Shown in pieces: positions 28,657 to 37,374 of a stretch of DNA of 47,233 nucleotides. Source of the DNA: Dehalococcoidia bacterium. GTDB taxonomy: Bacteria; Chloroflexota; Dehalococcoidia; Lucifugimonadales; UBA3495. The notes beneath the pieces were generated by a model that worked only from the letters and a program-made list of their open reading frames with translations, had not been told where the DNA came from and ran no database searches. The first letter of the stretch is position 1. Each line of letters starts with the position of its first letter. The translations under genes and the position numbers were made by a program. The stretch lies in the NCBI GenBank assembly GCA_030740155.1, contig JASLXV010000014.1, positions 1 through 47,233 of the forward strand, in the 5' to 3' direction.

Positions 28657-30255
28657 CTAGGGGTCGATCAACACCCCGGGATTGAGCACGCCTCTGGGGT
28701 CCACCACCTGCTTGACCGCCTTGAGCGCCTGGGCGAAGAGGTCCGGCCGTTGCCGGTCGTACCACGGCCGGTGCACCCGTCCCACGGCATGGTGGTGGGT
28801 AATGGTTCCCCCCGCGGCCAGGATGGCTTCGGAGGCGGCCCGCTTGATCTCGTCGTAATTTTCCAGCTCGGCACCCTTACGGCCCAGGCCTTCAAAGGTG
28901 AAGTAGGGAGCGGGGCCGTCTGGGTACACGTGGGTGAAGCGGCAGGTGACCCGGCCGGCCCCGCAAACCCGCCGCAGAGCGTCCTGGAGGGCCGCCCGCA
29001 CCGATGCGTCCAAGTCTGGCCACCGTTCCCAGGTGATGGCCGTCTCCACGGTCTCGGCCACCAGGCCCAGGCCCATGGTCGCGTTCCGGTGGTAGGGCGC
29101 CCACAGGAAAGAGTCGCGCCAGGCGCCCACCGACCCCTGGCGGCCGGTGTTGCCCCCCGGCGCGTCGGAGATCTTGATCCCTTCGTCGTCGACCGTTCCC
29201 CCGCAAGCGCGGGCGATGCCGACGGCCTCGTGCAAGAACGGCCCTTGGGGCAGCTCCGCCGATTCAAAGCCGAGGACCAGAAGAGCCCGGGTACCGTCCA
29301 GGCCCGCGGCGTTGGCGGCCTCGCCGGGGTCGAGCAGGCGGCAGTTGGCGGGCCACAGCTTGGCCTGAACGATGTGCCGCGCCACTTCAGCCCCCGCCGC
29401 GAAGGAATCGAAGGTGACTCCCGCCGATGCCCGAAACGTGGGCCGTGCTTGAATGCGCATCCAGGCCTCGGTGATGATGCCGAGAATACCCTCGCTGCCT
29501 ATGGCCAGCCGGTCCGGGCTGGGCCCGGCGCCGCTTCCAGGCAGCCGCCTGGACTCCCAGACGCCGGCGGGGGTTATCATTCGGGCCGACTCCACGAAGT
29601 CGTCAATGTGGGTGTGGTTGGTGGCGTAGTGTCCCCCGGAGCGGGTCGCAATCCACCCTCCCAGGGTGGAGTATTCGAAGCTCTGGGGAAAGTGGCGCAG
29701 GGTGAACCCGCCGGGCCGCAACTGGGATTCCAGGGCCGGACCGTAGGCCCCTGCTTGAATACGGGCGGCGCGGGAGACATCGTCGATCTCCAGCACCCGG
29801 TCCAGCGCCGCGAGGTCGATGGACACCACTCCGTCGAAGTTCTCCGGCGCCTCCACGCCGCCGACGGCGGAGCTTCCGCCTCCGTAGGGGATGGCGGCGT
29901 ACCTATTCCCGGAGCACCATTCCAGGACCGCCTCCACCTCCTGCTCGTTTCGTGGGTGGGCGACCACGTCGGGCGGATTCGGGAAGTGCAGGTCGAAAGC
30001 CCGCACCCGGTCCCGAAAACCCCTCCCGTAGCAGTGCAGGGCCCGGTCGTGGGTGTCCGTGGAACAGAAGGGCGCCAGCGACGCTGGCGGAGTGATGCGG
30101 GGCTTACGTAAGTCGAGGCCGGCTTCCGTGGGTGATGGCGCCGCCTCGACGGAAACACCGTACTGCTTGGAAAGGTCGGCCGCCACCTTCCGCCGCTGCA
30201 CCATGTCCGGCTCGTCCGACTCCATGCCCCAGGCCCAGAAACTCCGCCTCGTCAT
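28657..30255 (-). CDS. FAD-binding oxidoreductase (VAO/PCMH family, alkyl-DHAP-synthase-like)
   Basis: IPYGGGSSAVGG, RHFPQSFEYSTLGGWIATRSGG, GSEGILGIIT, ITHHHAVG, DPRGVLNPG. Confidence 0.9.
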   Translation of the reverse strand: MTRRSFWAWGMESDEPDMVQRRKVAADLSKQYGVSVEAAPSPTEAGLDLRKPRITPPASLAPFCSTDTHDRALHCYGRGFRDRVRAFDLHFPNPPDVVAHPRNEQEVEAVLEWCSGNRYAAIPYGGGSSAVGGVEAPENFDGVVSIDLAALDRVLEIDDVSRAARIQAGAYGPALESQLRPGGFTLRHFPQSFEYSTLGGWIATRSGGHYATNHTHIDDFVESARMITPAGVWESRRLPGSGAGPSPDRLAIGSEGILGIITEAWMRIQARPTFRASAGVTFDSFAAGAEVARHIVQAKLWPANCRLLDPGEAANAAGLDGTRALLVLGFESAELPQGPFLHEAVGIARACGGTVDDEGIKISDAPGGNTGRQGSVGAWRDSFLWAPYHRNATMGLGLVAETVETAITWERWPDLDASVRAALQDALRRVCGAGRVTCRFTHVYPDGPAPYFTFEGLGRKGAELENYDEIKRAASEAILAAGGTITHHHAVGRVHRPWYDRQRPDLFAQALKAVKQVVDPRGVLNPGVLIDP

Positions 30256-30333
30256 AGCGCCCACCTTCCTGCCGAGTCACAAATTGATACGATTATTCAA
30301 GGCTCGATGTGGAGCCTGATGTGGCCCTCGGGG

Positions 30334-30480
30334 CGGCTTTGCCCCAAAATTGTCATTCCGAGGAGCGAGTCGACGAGGAATCTGGTGCGGGGTTCCTCGA
30401 TCCGATCCTGGACCCACCACCCCAGACCCCTCGCTTCACTCGGGGTGACATGATCCAGGGTACTCGATAAGGCAAACCCC
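30334..30480 (-). mobile_element. MITE-like repeat copy 2 (inverted relative to copy 1)
   Basis: Ends CGGCTTTGCCCCAAAA...ATAAGGCAAACCCC; internal TGTCATTCCGAGGAGCGAGTCGACGAGGAATC...CCCTCGCTTCACTCGGGGTGACA; no flanking duplication seen. Confidence 0.72.
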
Positions 30481-30536
30481 CTTGGCGGCGGACTCACCGG
30501 AGGCTTGAGAGTGAACCCGGTACCGGCGCCCGAGGC

Positions 30537-30824
30537 CTACCCCGCCACCTCGAACCGCTCCGACTCCGGGTGCCTGCTCCACAGATCGCCGGCCCCGGCC
30601 ATAGCCACCTCCCGCTCCGGGCTGGCCCGCCAGGCATCGTAGATCTTCACGCTGTCCCAGGTGACCAGGGTGGTGATCTTGGTGGGTTCGGCAAGGGAGT
30701 AAAGGGTCTGCCGGCTGCCGAAGCCGGGGGCTTTGCTCTGGGCCAGGCCGTTGCGGTCCAGAAGCTGGCGGGCGTCCTCTAGCTTATCCGCCTTGGCCCA
30801 GTGGTGGGTCAGAACTCCGATCAT
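30537..30824 (-). CDS. Antibiotic-biosynthesis monooxygenase (ABM)-like dimeric alpha-beta barrel protein
   Basis: 95 aa; APGFGSRQTL, ITTLVTWDS...AW..SPER; AAAGGAG RBS. Confidence 0.8.
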   Translation of the reverse strand: MIGVLTHHWAKADKLEDARQLLDRNGLAQSKAPGFGSRQTLYSLAEPTKITTLVTWDSVKIYDAWRASPEREVAMAGAGDLWSRHPESERFEVAG

Positions 30825-30849
30825 GGCGCTCCTTTCCTCCGCTCAAGCA

Positions 30850-30878
30850 ATCAGCCATCAGCTATCAGCCATCAGCTA
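30850..30878. repeat. Heptamer tandem repeat (ATCAGCC/ATCAGCT x4)
   Basis: ATCAGCC ATCAGCT ATCAGCC ATCAGCT read directly. Confidence 0.8.
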
Positions 30879-30926
30879 CGTCCGGTTTGCCGACTGCTGA
30901 CGCGTGGAAGTATACCACCCCACGCC

Positions 30927-32189
30927 TCACGGCCTCTCGGCCCCGCTCCCCGCGCCGTCCTTGACCTTCAAGACCGCCGCGGCGCCGAGGGCCAGCAAGG
31001 CGACACTCCCACTCAGCACCGCGCCCATTTTAGCCGGGTCCTGGAATGGCGGTCCGGTGAACGCCTTTCCGGCGACGAAGAGGGCCACGGTCAACCCCAG
31101 CCCGGCCACCAGGCCCGCCACGGCCAGGTGGCTCATCCCCATGCCTTCGGGCAACGGGAAGCCGAGTTTGGTGGCGGCCCATGAGAAGCTTGAAACGCCG
31201 AGGGTCTTCCCCACGATCAGCGACGCCAGGACGATAAAGGTCACCGCGTTGATGCTGCCGAAGGCCACGCCGGCGTTGGCGAAGGCGAAGAAGAACAGGC
31301 CCAGGTCCACGAAGAGTTTTAGCTGATGCTCGAACCGCTCTAGGGCGGGCCGGTAGACGGCCGGAACCATGCCCTCCCCGTGGCGACGCGGCCCGACGCC
31401 TTGATGGGCCTTTTGGGAAGCCGGGCCGGGGTCGATCTCCGTGCTGGGCAGGAAGGGCACGATCACCACCAGGGCCAGGGCCGGCTCAATCGATGACTTG
31501 GCCAGGCCGGCCCAACTCAGGCCCCCGGCGATGAGGATGTAGGCCGGCCAGGAGTTCACTTTCGAGCGCCGGAGCGCATAGGCCGTTGCCATCCCCGCCC
31601 CGGTGAGCAAAAGCCAGGCCGGTTGCACCGGGTGCTCCGGATCGGGGTAGAACACGGCGATGATCCCCAGGCCGATGGCGTCATCGGCCACCGCCAGTAA
31701 GAGCAAGAAGTTGACCGCCGGGTGTCCGTTGCCGAAGGCCAGCCGGGCCACCAGCCAGGCCAGGGCGATGTCCGTGGCCGTTGGGATACCCCAGCCGTTG
31801 GCCACCACCGAAAAGTCGTCGGTCCCCCCGTAAAACACCCACGTGAGCAGCAGGTAAAGACCGGCCGGGCCTATCACGCCCCCCAGGGTGCCCATCAGCG
31901 GGTTGATCGCCCTGGGAATCGGGTTGAGGGCGCCACCCGGAAGGATAGACTGGGTGATCTCTTTGGCGGCGATGCCAAAGAAGAAGACCATGAATATCTC
32001 GTTGATGATGAAGTGGGAGGTTACCGGGCGGCCGAACACCTCGACGCCGGAGCCGAAAACCCGGTAGTCCACCAGCTCTTCGTAGAAGTGATGGTCGATA
32101 TTCGCGAAGGCCAGGCCGGCGACGACGCCGATGATGAGTGGAATGGAGTACTCTTGCAGCACCTGGATGAGCTGTCTCGCCTGAATCAA
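30927..32189 (-). CDS. nhaA: Na+/H+ antiporter NhaA
   Basis: INEIFMVFFFG, GWGIPTATDIA, LLLLAVADDAIG, FAFANAGV, GLGLTVALFV; GGAGGAG RBS. Confidence 0.92.
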   Translation of the reverse strand: MIQARQLIQVLQEYSIPLIIGVVAGLAFANIDHHFYEELVDYRVFGSGVEVFGRPVTSHFIINEIFMVFFFGIAAKEITQSILPGGALNPIPRAINPLMGTLGGVIGPAGLYLLLTWVFYGGTDDFSVVANGWGIPTATDIALAWLVARLAFGNGHPAVNFLLLLAVADDAIGLGIIAVFYPDPEHPVQPAWLLLTGAGMATAYALRRSKVNSWPAYILIAGGLSWAGLAKSSIEPALALVVIVPFLPSTEIDPGPASQKAHQGVGPRRHGEGMVPAVYRPALERFEHQLKLFVDLGLFFFAFANAGVAFGSINAVTFIVLASLIVGKTLGVSSFSWAATKLGFPLPEGMGMSHLAVAGLVAGLGLTVALFVAGKAFTGPPFQDPAKMGAVLSGSVALLALGAAAVLKVKDGAGSGAERP

Positions 32190-32390
32190 GGCTCCTCCGG
32201 GGGTCCGTTACCATGAAAACGTACGATGAAAACGCCGGCTGGGTTGTCCGCGGCCGTGCTGGATCCGAGTTGGACGCGTGCCGAGAGAGCGTTGGACTTC
32301 GGAAGCGGCGGGTCCGTCCAAGGGCTGACTTCCGGCTCGGGGACCCGCGGATTGATTTGCATCGTGCATCGATAGAAGGGGCGCTGGGAA

Positions 32391-32399
32391 ATTATATCA
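32391..32399 (-). promoter_or_regulatory. Extended -10 element (TGnTATAAT) for nhaA
   Basis: Minus strand reads TGATATAAT about 200 nt upstream of the nhaA start. Confidence 0.55.
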
Positions 32400-32442
32400 C
32401 CCCGGCCCATGGTTGATTAAACGTCGGCTAAGCCCGCTCACC

Positions 32443-32471
32443 TTGACAACCTATGGGGCCTTTGATACGAT
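32443..32471 (+). promoter_or_regulatory. Sigma70 promoter for the thrC-like operon
   Basis: TTGACA (32443-32448), 17 nt, TACGAT (32466-32471) with upstream TG. Confidence 0.72.
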
Positions 32472-32482
32472 CATTTGCACCT

Positions 32483-32518
32483 AGGCCGCTACCTGTGATG
32501 AGTGGCGGCTTTTCATTT
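32483..32518 (+). terminator. Terminator-like hairpin in the 5' leader (possible attenuator)
   Basis: AGGCCGCTAC-CTGTGATGA-GTGGCGGCTT then TTCATTT, between promoter and start codon. Confidence 0.6.
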
Positions 32519-32561
32519 GCAAAATGCTTTTCTTTTGCGATAGTCGGAGGCATTAGAGGCA

Positions 32562-33860
32562 GTGGCTTTCGTAAGTGGTTTGAAGTGCCGGGAATGCAGC
32601 CGGGAATACCCTGCCGAGGCGCTGAACGTATGTGATTTCTGCTTTGGGCCCCTGGAGGTAGTCTACGACTACTCCACCATCTCAGAGGTTATCAGCACCG
32701 ATAGCATCGGCCAGGGGCCGCTGAGCATCTGGCGCTACCAGGACCTGCTGCCGGCCAACAGCCAGGGCCGCGTGGACATCATGGCCGGGTTCACCCCGCT
32801 GATGAAGGCGGGCAACCTGGGCAAACACCTGGGGCTGCGCAACCTCTACATCAAGAACGACAGCGTCAACCCCTCCTTCTCCTTCAAGGACCGGGTGGTG
32901 TCGGTCGCCGCCACCAAGGCGGTGGAGTTCGGGTTTGATACCCTGGCCTGCGCCTCCACCGGCAACTTGGCCTGCAGCGTCGCCGCCCACGCGGCCCGCG
33001 CCGCCATCCGCGCCGTGGTGTTCATTCCCTCCGACCTGGAGCGGGGGAAGATAATCGGCGCCGCTGTCTACGGGCCGACGCTGGTATCGGTGGCAGGCAC
33101 CTACGACGAAGTTAACCGCCTGTGCAGCGAGGTGGCCGACAACTACCCGTGGGCCTTCGTGAATATCAACATGCGCCCTTACTACGCCGAGGGCAGCAAG
33201 ACCCTGGGCTACGAGGTGGCGGAACAACTGGGCTGGCGGCTACCCGACCACGTTGTGGTGCCCGCGGCCTCGGGCGCAATGTTCACCAAGATTTGGAAGG
33301 GGTTCAACGAACTGGCCTGCCTTGGGCTGCTGGACGGCGTGGAAGCGTCCTCCTTCGGCCCGGACCAGAACACGGTGCACCACCCGGCGGTGACCACCAG
33401 GATGCACATGACTCAGGCTGAGGGCTGCTCCCCCATCGCGACCGCCTGGAAAAACGGGCAAGAGCACGTCCTTCCGGTGCGGCCCAACAGTATCGCCAAG
33501 TCCCTGGCCATCGGCAATCCCGCCGACGGGATGTACTCCCTGCGAGTCGTCAGGGCCTCCGACGGGACTGCCTACGCCGTGCCGGAGTCGGAGGTAGTGG
33601 AAGGCATCAAGCTGCTGGCGCAAACCGAGGGCATCTTCACCGAGACGGCCGGCGGCGTGGTGATCAGCGGGTTGAAACACCTGGCCGAGAGTGGCGCCAT
33701 TAAGCCCGATGAGCTTACCGTGGTCTACATCACCGGCAACGGGCTGAAAACCCAGGAGGCGGTCGAGGGAGTGGTCAATCCCCTCTCGATCAAACCGACG
33801 ATGACCTCTTTCGAATCCGCCCTCGAAGAACGGAAATCCCAGGAGGCAGGAGTTGGGTGA
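32562..33860 (+). CDS. thrC: Threonine synthase (PLP fold type II; MoaD-associated subfamily)
   Basis: N-terminal CxxC..CxxC, NPSFSFKDR PLP lysine, ASTGNLA, EGSKTLGYE, SLAIGNP, ETAGG, ITGNGLK. Confidence 0.88.
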   Translation: MAFVSGLKCRECSREYPAEALNVCDFCFGPLEVVYDYSTISEVISTDSIGQGPLSIWRYQDLLPANSQGRVDIMAGFTPLMKAGNLGKHLGLRNLYIKNDSVNPSFSFKDRVVSVAATKAVEFGFDTLACASTGNLACSVAAHAARAAIRAVVFIPSDLERGKIIGAAVYGPTLVSVAGTYDEVNRLCSEVADNYPWAFVNINMRPYYAEGSKTLGYEVAEQLGWRLPDHVVVPAASGAMFTKIWKGFNELACLGLLDGVEASSFGPDQNTVHHPAVTTRMHMTQAEGCSPIATAWKNGQEHVLPVRPNSIAKSLAIGNPADGMYSLRVVRASDGTAYAVPESEVVEGIKLLAQTEGIFTETAGGVVISGLKHLAESGAIKPDELTVVYITGNGLKTQEAVEGVVNPLSIKPTMTSFESALEERKSQEAGVG

Positions 33861-34102
33861 TGGGCAAGCAGCGGGTCAAGTTCACCTTCCCCACCACGAT
33901 GGTCAAGGAGCCGGTGATTTACCGGCTGGGCCACGACTTTAACGTGGTCACCAACATCCGCCGTGCCGACGTGCGGGAGGAAATGGGCTGGGTTGTGCTG
34001 GAGTTGGAGGGAGAGGACTCGGAGATAGAACGGGGCCTGCAATGGGTGGGCTCCACCGGTGTACGCGTTGACCCGGTAAGCGGAGACGTAATAGAAGGTT
34101 AA
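33860..34102 (+). CDS. Stand-alone NIL domain protein
   Basis: VKFTFP...KEPVIYRL...NVVTNIRRADV...GWVVLELEG...GVRV fits the NIL pattern; start overlaps the thrC stop. Confidence 0.82.
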   Translation: MGKQRVKFTFPTTMVKEPVIYRLGHDFNVVTNIRRADVREEMGWVVLELEGEDSEIERGLQWVGSTGVRVDPVSGDVIEG

Positions 34103-34173
34103 CCTGGGCCCAGAAGGGACCCGCCTCGCAAAGAGGGGGCCTTGAGGGTCTACGGCGAGGAGGACTTCCCCAG

Positions 34174-34458
34174 ATGAGCGTCTTGGTTCGCATCCCCACG
34201 CCCCTGCGGCGCATAACCAACGGGCAGGCCCAGATTGAGTTGGAGTCGGCCACGATGGGTGAGCTGGTGGAAAATTTGGATGCGTCCTTTCCGGGCTTCA
34301 AGGAGCGGCTGTTGGACGAGAATGGGGACCTCCGCTACTTCGTCAACCTCTACCTCAACGGAGAGGACGTCCGCTTCCTGCAGGGACTGGAAACGACCAT
34401 CGGTGCGGGGGACGAGGTCAGCATCGTTCCCGCGGTGGCTGGCGGCTCCCCGGCCTAG
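34174..34458 (+). CDS. MoaD/ThiS/CysO-family sulfur carrier protein with C-terminal extension (GG-SPA)
   Basis: VRIPTPLR, FVNLYLNGEDVRFLQGLET, DEVSIVPAVAGG followed by SPA; GAGGAGG RBS. Confidence 0.9.
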   Translation: MSVLVRIPTPLRRITNGQAQIELESATMGELVENLDASFPGFKERLLDENGDLRYFVNLYLNGEDVRFLQGLETTIGAGDEVSIVPAVAGGSPA

Positions 34459-35630
34459 CCTCCCCGGGCTTTGAGCCACTTGGCTTTCTGCTCCCGCCGG
34501 GCCGCCTCGTCGGCGGGGCGGTAGGTTTCGCCGAACTCCCGGCGGAACTCCTCGAACCGGCCCTCGGTGATGGACCGCCGCACGTCCGCCATGAGCCGCA
34601 TGATGAACCGCAGATTATGTATGCTCGCCAGCCTGGGTCCCAACAGCTCTTTGGACCGGAACAGGTGGCAAAGATAGGCGGCCGAAAAATTCCGGCACGC
34701 GTAGCAATCGCAATCCGCATCCACCGGCCCGGCCTCGTCCATGAACCGGCTCTTGGTGATGTCCACCCTTCCCCGCTTGGCAAACAGGCTACCGTGCCGG
34801 GCCACCCGCGTGGGCAACACACAGTCAAACAGGTCCACACCAAGGGCCACGCACTCCACCAGGTCCTCCGGCGAGCCCACTCCCATCAGGTAGCGCGGTC
34901 TGTCCTCCGGCAGCAGGGCCGTCACCTGCCCCGTGGTCTCGTACATCTGGGCCTTGGATTCGCCCACGGCAAGGCCGCCAATGGCATAACCCTGGAAGGG
35001 AATGCCGGTGATATGCCGGGCCGACTCTTCCCGCAGGTCCTCGAAAACACCCCCCTGGACGATGCCGAAGAGGGCCTGCCGGCCCGAGGTTTCTGAAGCG
35101 GCATGGCACCGGTGGCAGCTCTCGGCCCATCGGTGGGTCCGGTCCATCGCCTGCCGCACTTCGTCCTTGCTTGCGCCGTAGGCAATACACTGGTCCAGGC
35201 ACATGATGATGTCGGCGCCCAGCCGGCCCTGATTGGCGGTGGCCAGCTCCGGACTGAAGAAATGTTCGCTGCCGTCGAGGTGGGAACGGAATAGGACGCC
35301 ATCGTCGTCGACCCGGCGCAGGGCCCCCATGCTGAACACCTGGAAACCGCCGCTGTCGGTGAGGACCGGCCCGCTCCAGCCCATAAACCGGTGAACGCCA
35401 CCCAGACGTTGCACCGTCCCCACGCCGGGGCGCAGGTACAGGTGGTAGGCGTTGCAAAGCAGCATTTCGGCACCCGCCGCCGTCACTTCCTCGGGGGTCA
35501 GGGCCTTTACCGCGGCCTGAGTACCCACCGGCATGAAGGCCGGGGTGGCCAGGGACCCATGAGGAGTGTGGAACTCCCCGACACGGGCTCTGCCCTGGTT
35601 ATGCTCGATCTCGAAAGGAAATTGAGACAT
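34455..35630 (-). CDS. tgt: Queuine tRNA-ribosyltransferase (tRNA-guanine transglycosylase)
   Basis: TPAFMPVGT, NAYHLYLRPG, TDSGGFQVFS, FGIVQGG, PRYLMGVG, FDCVLPTR, CDCYAC Zn motif; ATG 35630 (GTG 35651 alternative). Confidence 0.96.
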   Translation of the reverse strand: MSQFPFEIEHNQGRARVGEFHTPHGSLATPAFMPVGTQAAVKALTPEEVTAAGAEMLLCNAYHLYLRPGVGTVQRLGGVHRFMGWSGPVLTDSGGFQVFSMGALRRVDDDGVLFRSHLDGSEHFFSPELATANQGRLGADIIMCLDQCIAYGASKDEVRQAMDRTHRWAESCHRCHAASETSGRQALFGIVQGGVFEDLREESARHITGIPFQGYAIGGLAVGESKAQMYETTGQVTALLPEDRPRYLMGVGSPEDLVECVALGVDLFDCVLPTRVARHGSLFAKRGRVDITKSRFMDEAGPVDADCDCYACRNFSAAYLCHLFRSKELLGPRLASIHNLRFIMRLMADVRRSITEGRFEEFRREFGETYRPADEAARREQKAKWLKARGG

Positions 35631-35725
35631 GGTGATCGGTTTATCCGCCACCGTTTGCGAACTGATTTCGGCCTGGTTTCATGGAATTCACCCCGGGTTG
35701 CCCGGCCTCCAAAGCTGGCGGGCAA

Positions 35726-35754
35726 GTGTCATGTTGGTCTGGCCGTGGTATGAT
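35726..35754 (+). promoter_or_regulatory. Putative sigma70 promoter for the small-protein/TauE operon
   Basis: GTGTCA, 17 nt, TATGAT with TG extension. Confidence 0.55.
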
Positions 35755-35764
35755 TTTGCAGTGA

Positions 35765-35995
35765 CAGGCAGACCTGAGCGCCAGCAAATTCCAGGACCGT
35801 TTCAGCCAGGCAACCGTGCCTATGGTAACGCGCAGGCTGGTTTAAGCGCAAACACCGGACCATCGACGGTGACCCAATCGCATTGGGGTAAGCCAGAGGC
35901 AAATCCCGCAACTCCCGGCACCTGTTCCACGATCGGCAGCCACCGGGCGAAAGCTTGCCTTCCACAGCACCCAAACCGGCTTCGGCTGAAAGAAA
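35765..35995 (+). ncRNA. Candidate structured leader RNA with partial SAM-IV/SAM-clan resemblance
   Basis: UGAGCGCCAGC...CCAGG...GGCAACC order recalls SAM-IV; hairpins CCCAA/UUGGG, GGGC-GAAA-GCUU, CGGC-UUCG-GCUG; precedes a sulfur-compound transporter; canonical GGUGC missing. Confidence 0.35.
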
Positions 35996-36005
35996 CAGGG
36001 GCAGC

Positions 36006-36191
36006 ATGTACGATTCTTTGACCGACTTCCTGAAAACCTTCAGCGCCGGCCATTCCGTTCTGTGGGCGCTGCTGGTGGTAGCGGTGGTAGCAACCACCAG
36101 CCTGGTACTGTACGTGTTTTGGGAGTTGGTGTTGCGATTACTCTTTTCGAAGCGGTCTGTTAAAAAGACCGCCAGGCCCCGCGCAGGGTAG
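36006..36191 (+). CDS. Small single-TM membrane protein (61 aa), probable TauE partner
   Basis: AGGGG RBS, ATG, long hydrophobic helix, stop 2 nt before the TauE start. Confidence 0.72.
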   Translation: MYDSLTDFLKTFSAGHSVLWALLVVAVVATTSLVLYVFWELVLRLLFSKRSVKKTARPRAG

Positions 36192-36193
36192 CC

Positions 36194-37339
36194 ATGCTTT
36201 TCCCCAACGCCGACGTTGTAGTAAACCCGTTCCTCCTGGTAATCCTGGGACTGCTGGTGGGCATCCTGGGGGGATTCTTCGGTGTGGGCGGCGGGTTCCT
36301 AGTGACAGGGGGCCTACTGGTCTTCGGAGTGCCCGCAACCTTCGCCGTTGGAACCGGCCTCACCCTGGTAATGGGGTCATCCATTATCAACACGCTGAAG
36401 CACCGGCGGATGGGGAACGTGGACTTCAAGTTGGGGTTTCTCATGGTGTGTGGCACCGTGCCCGCGGTGTTCGCCGCCGAGGAGGTCATCAAGCAACTGG
36501 AGTCCGCAGGCGTGTCCGGCCCGGTGATTCGCTACGTGTATGTGGTGTTTCTGGGCCTTCTGGGTTCCTTTATTGTCTACGATTATCGGCGGTCTCTGCG
36601 GAGGAAGGGCACTGGCGGCAGCCAGTTATCCACATCCGGGCTGACCCAGAGGGTACAGGCGCTTACGATCGGACCGCAACGGCTCTGGTTGCCCGGCTTT
36701 GGGTGGGTGCCGACCTACATTGCCCTACCGGTATCGGGGATCCGTCGCATATCCGTGTTCATACCCATCAGCCTGGGCGTATTCATCGGGTTCTTCGCTG
36801 GCCTACTGGGTGCTGGAGGCGGCTTCATCTTGATGCCCGTGCTGGTGTATGTCGTGGGTGTACCCACCGTAGTGGCCATTGGCACGGACCTTTTTCAGAT
36901 TATCATCACCGGCTCAGTGGGGACATTTGTGAAGTCCATGTCCAACAGCGTCGACCCGATGATGGTAGTCATAATGCTGGCCTCCGCATCTCTGGGTTCC
37001 CAGCTTGGGGCGGCAGCCACCAAGGTTGTCGACGCGAGCCGGATCAGGGCCCTGTTCGGCGTTACCATCCTGAGCGGCAGTCTGGCCGTGGCGCTGAGAC
37101 AGGTGTCGGAGAGCATATCGGGCGCCGAGTTCCTGGCCCCGGTGGCCTCGGGCGTGCTCCTGGGATTCGCCGGCGTGATTTGCATCGTGATCGCGGCCAT
37201 GCTGATATCGGCCAAGATGAAGCGGCCAACCTCGACAGGGATGGGGGGGCCGGACACCAGTCACGACGGGTCGAACGGCCACGGGACCGGCCCGAAAACC
37301 ATCACCTCGGAACCGCAACGGCACGAAGGGGACGGCTAG
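36194..37339 (+). CDS. Sulfite exporter TauE/SafE family (TSUP) membrane protein
   Basis: Duplicated GFFGVGGGFL / GLLGAGGGFI motifs, AVGT / AIGTDLFQ, HRRMGNVDFKLG. Confidence 0.9.
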   Translation: MLFPNADVVVNPFLLVILGLLVGILGGFFGVGGGFLVTGGLLVFGVPATFAVGTGLTLVMGSSIINTLKHRRMGNVDFKLGFLMVCGTVPAVFAAEEVIKQLESAGVSGPVIRYVYVVFLGLLGSFIVYDYRRSLRRKGTGGSQLSTSGLTQRVQALTIGPQRLWLPGFGWVPTYIALPVSGIRRISVFIPISLGVFIGFFAGLLGAGGGFILMPVLVYVVGVPTVVAIGTDLFQIIITGSVGTFVKSMSNSVDPMMVVIMLASASLGSQLGAAATKVVDASRIRALFGVTILSGSLAVALRQVSESISGAEFLAPVASGVLLGFAGVICIVIAAMLISAKMKRPTSTGMGGPDTSHDGSNGHGTGPKTITSEPQRHEGDG

Positions 37340-37374
37340 CGGTCCGGATTTGAAATTGGTGGAGGCGGGGTTGT

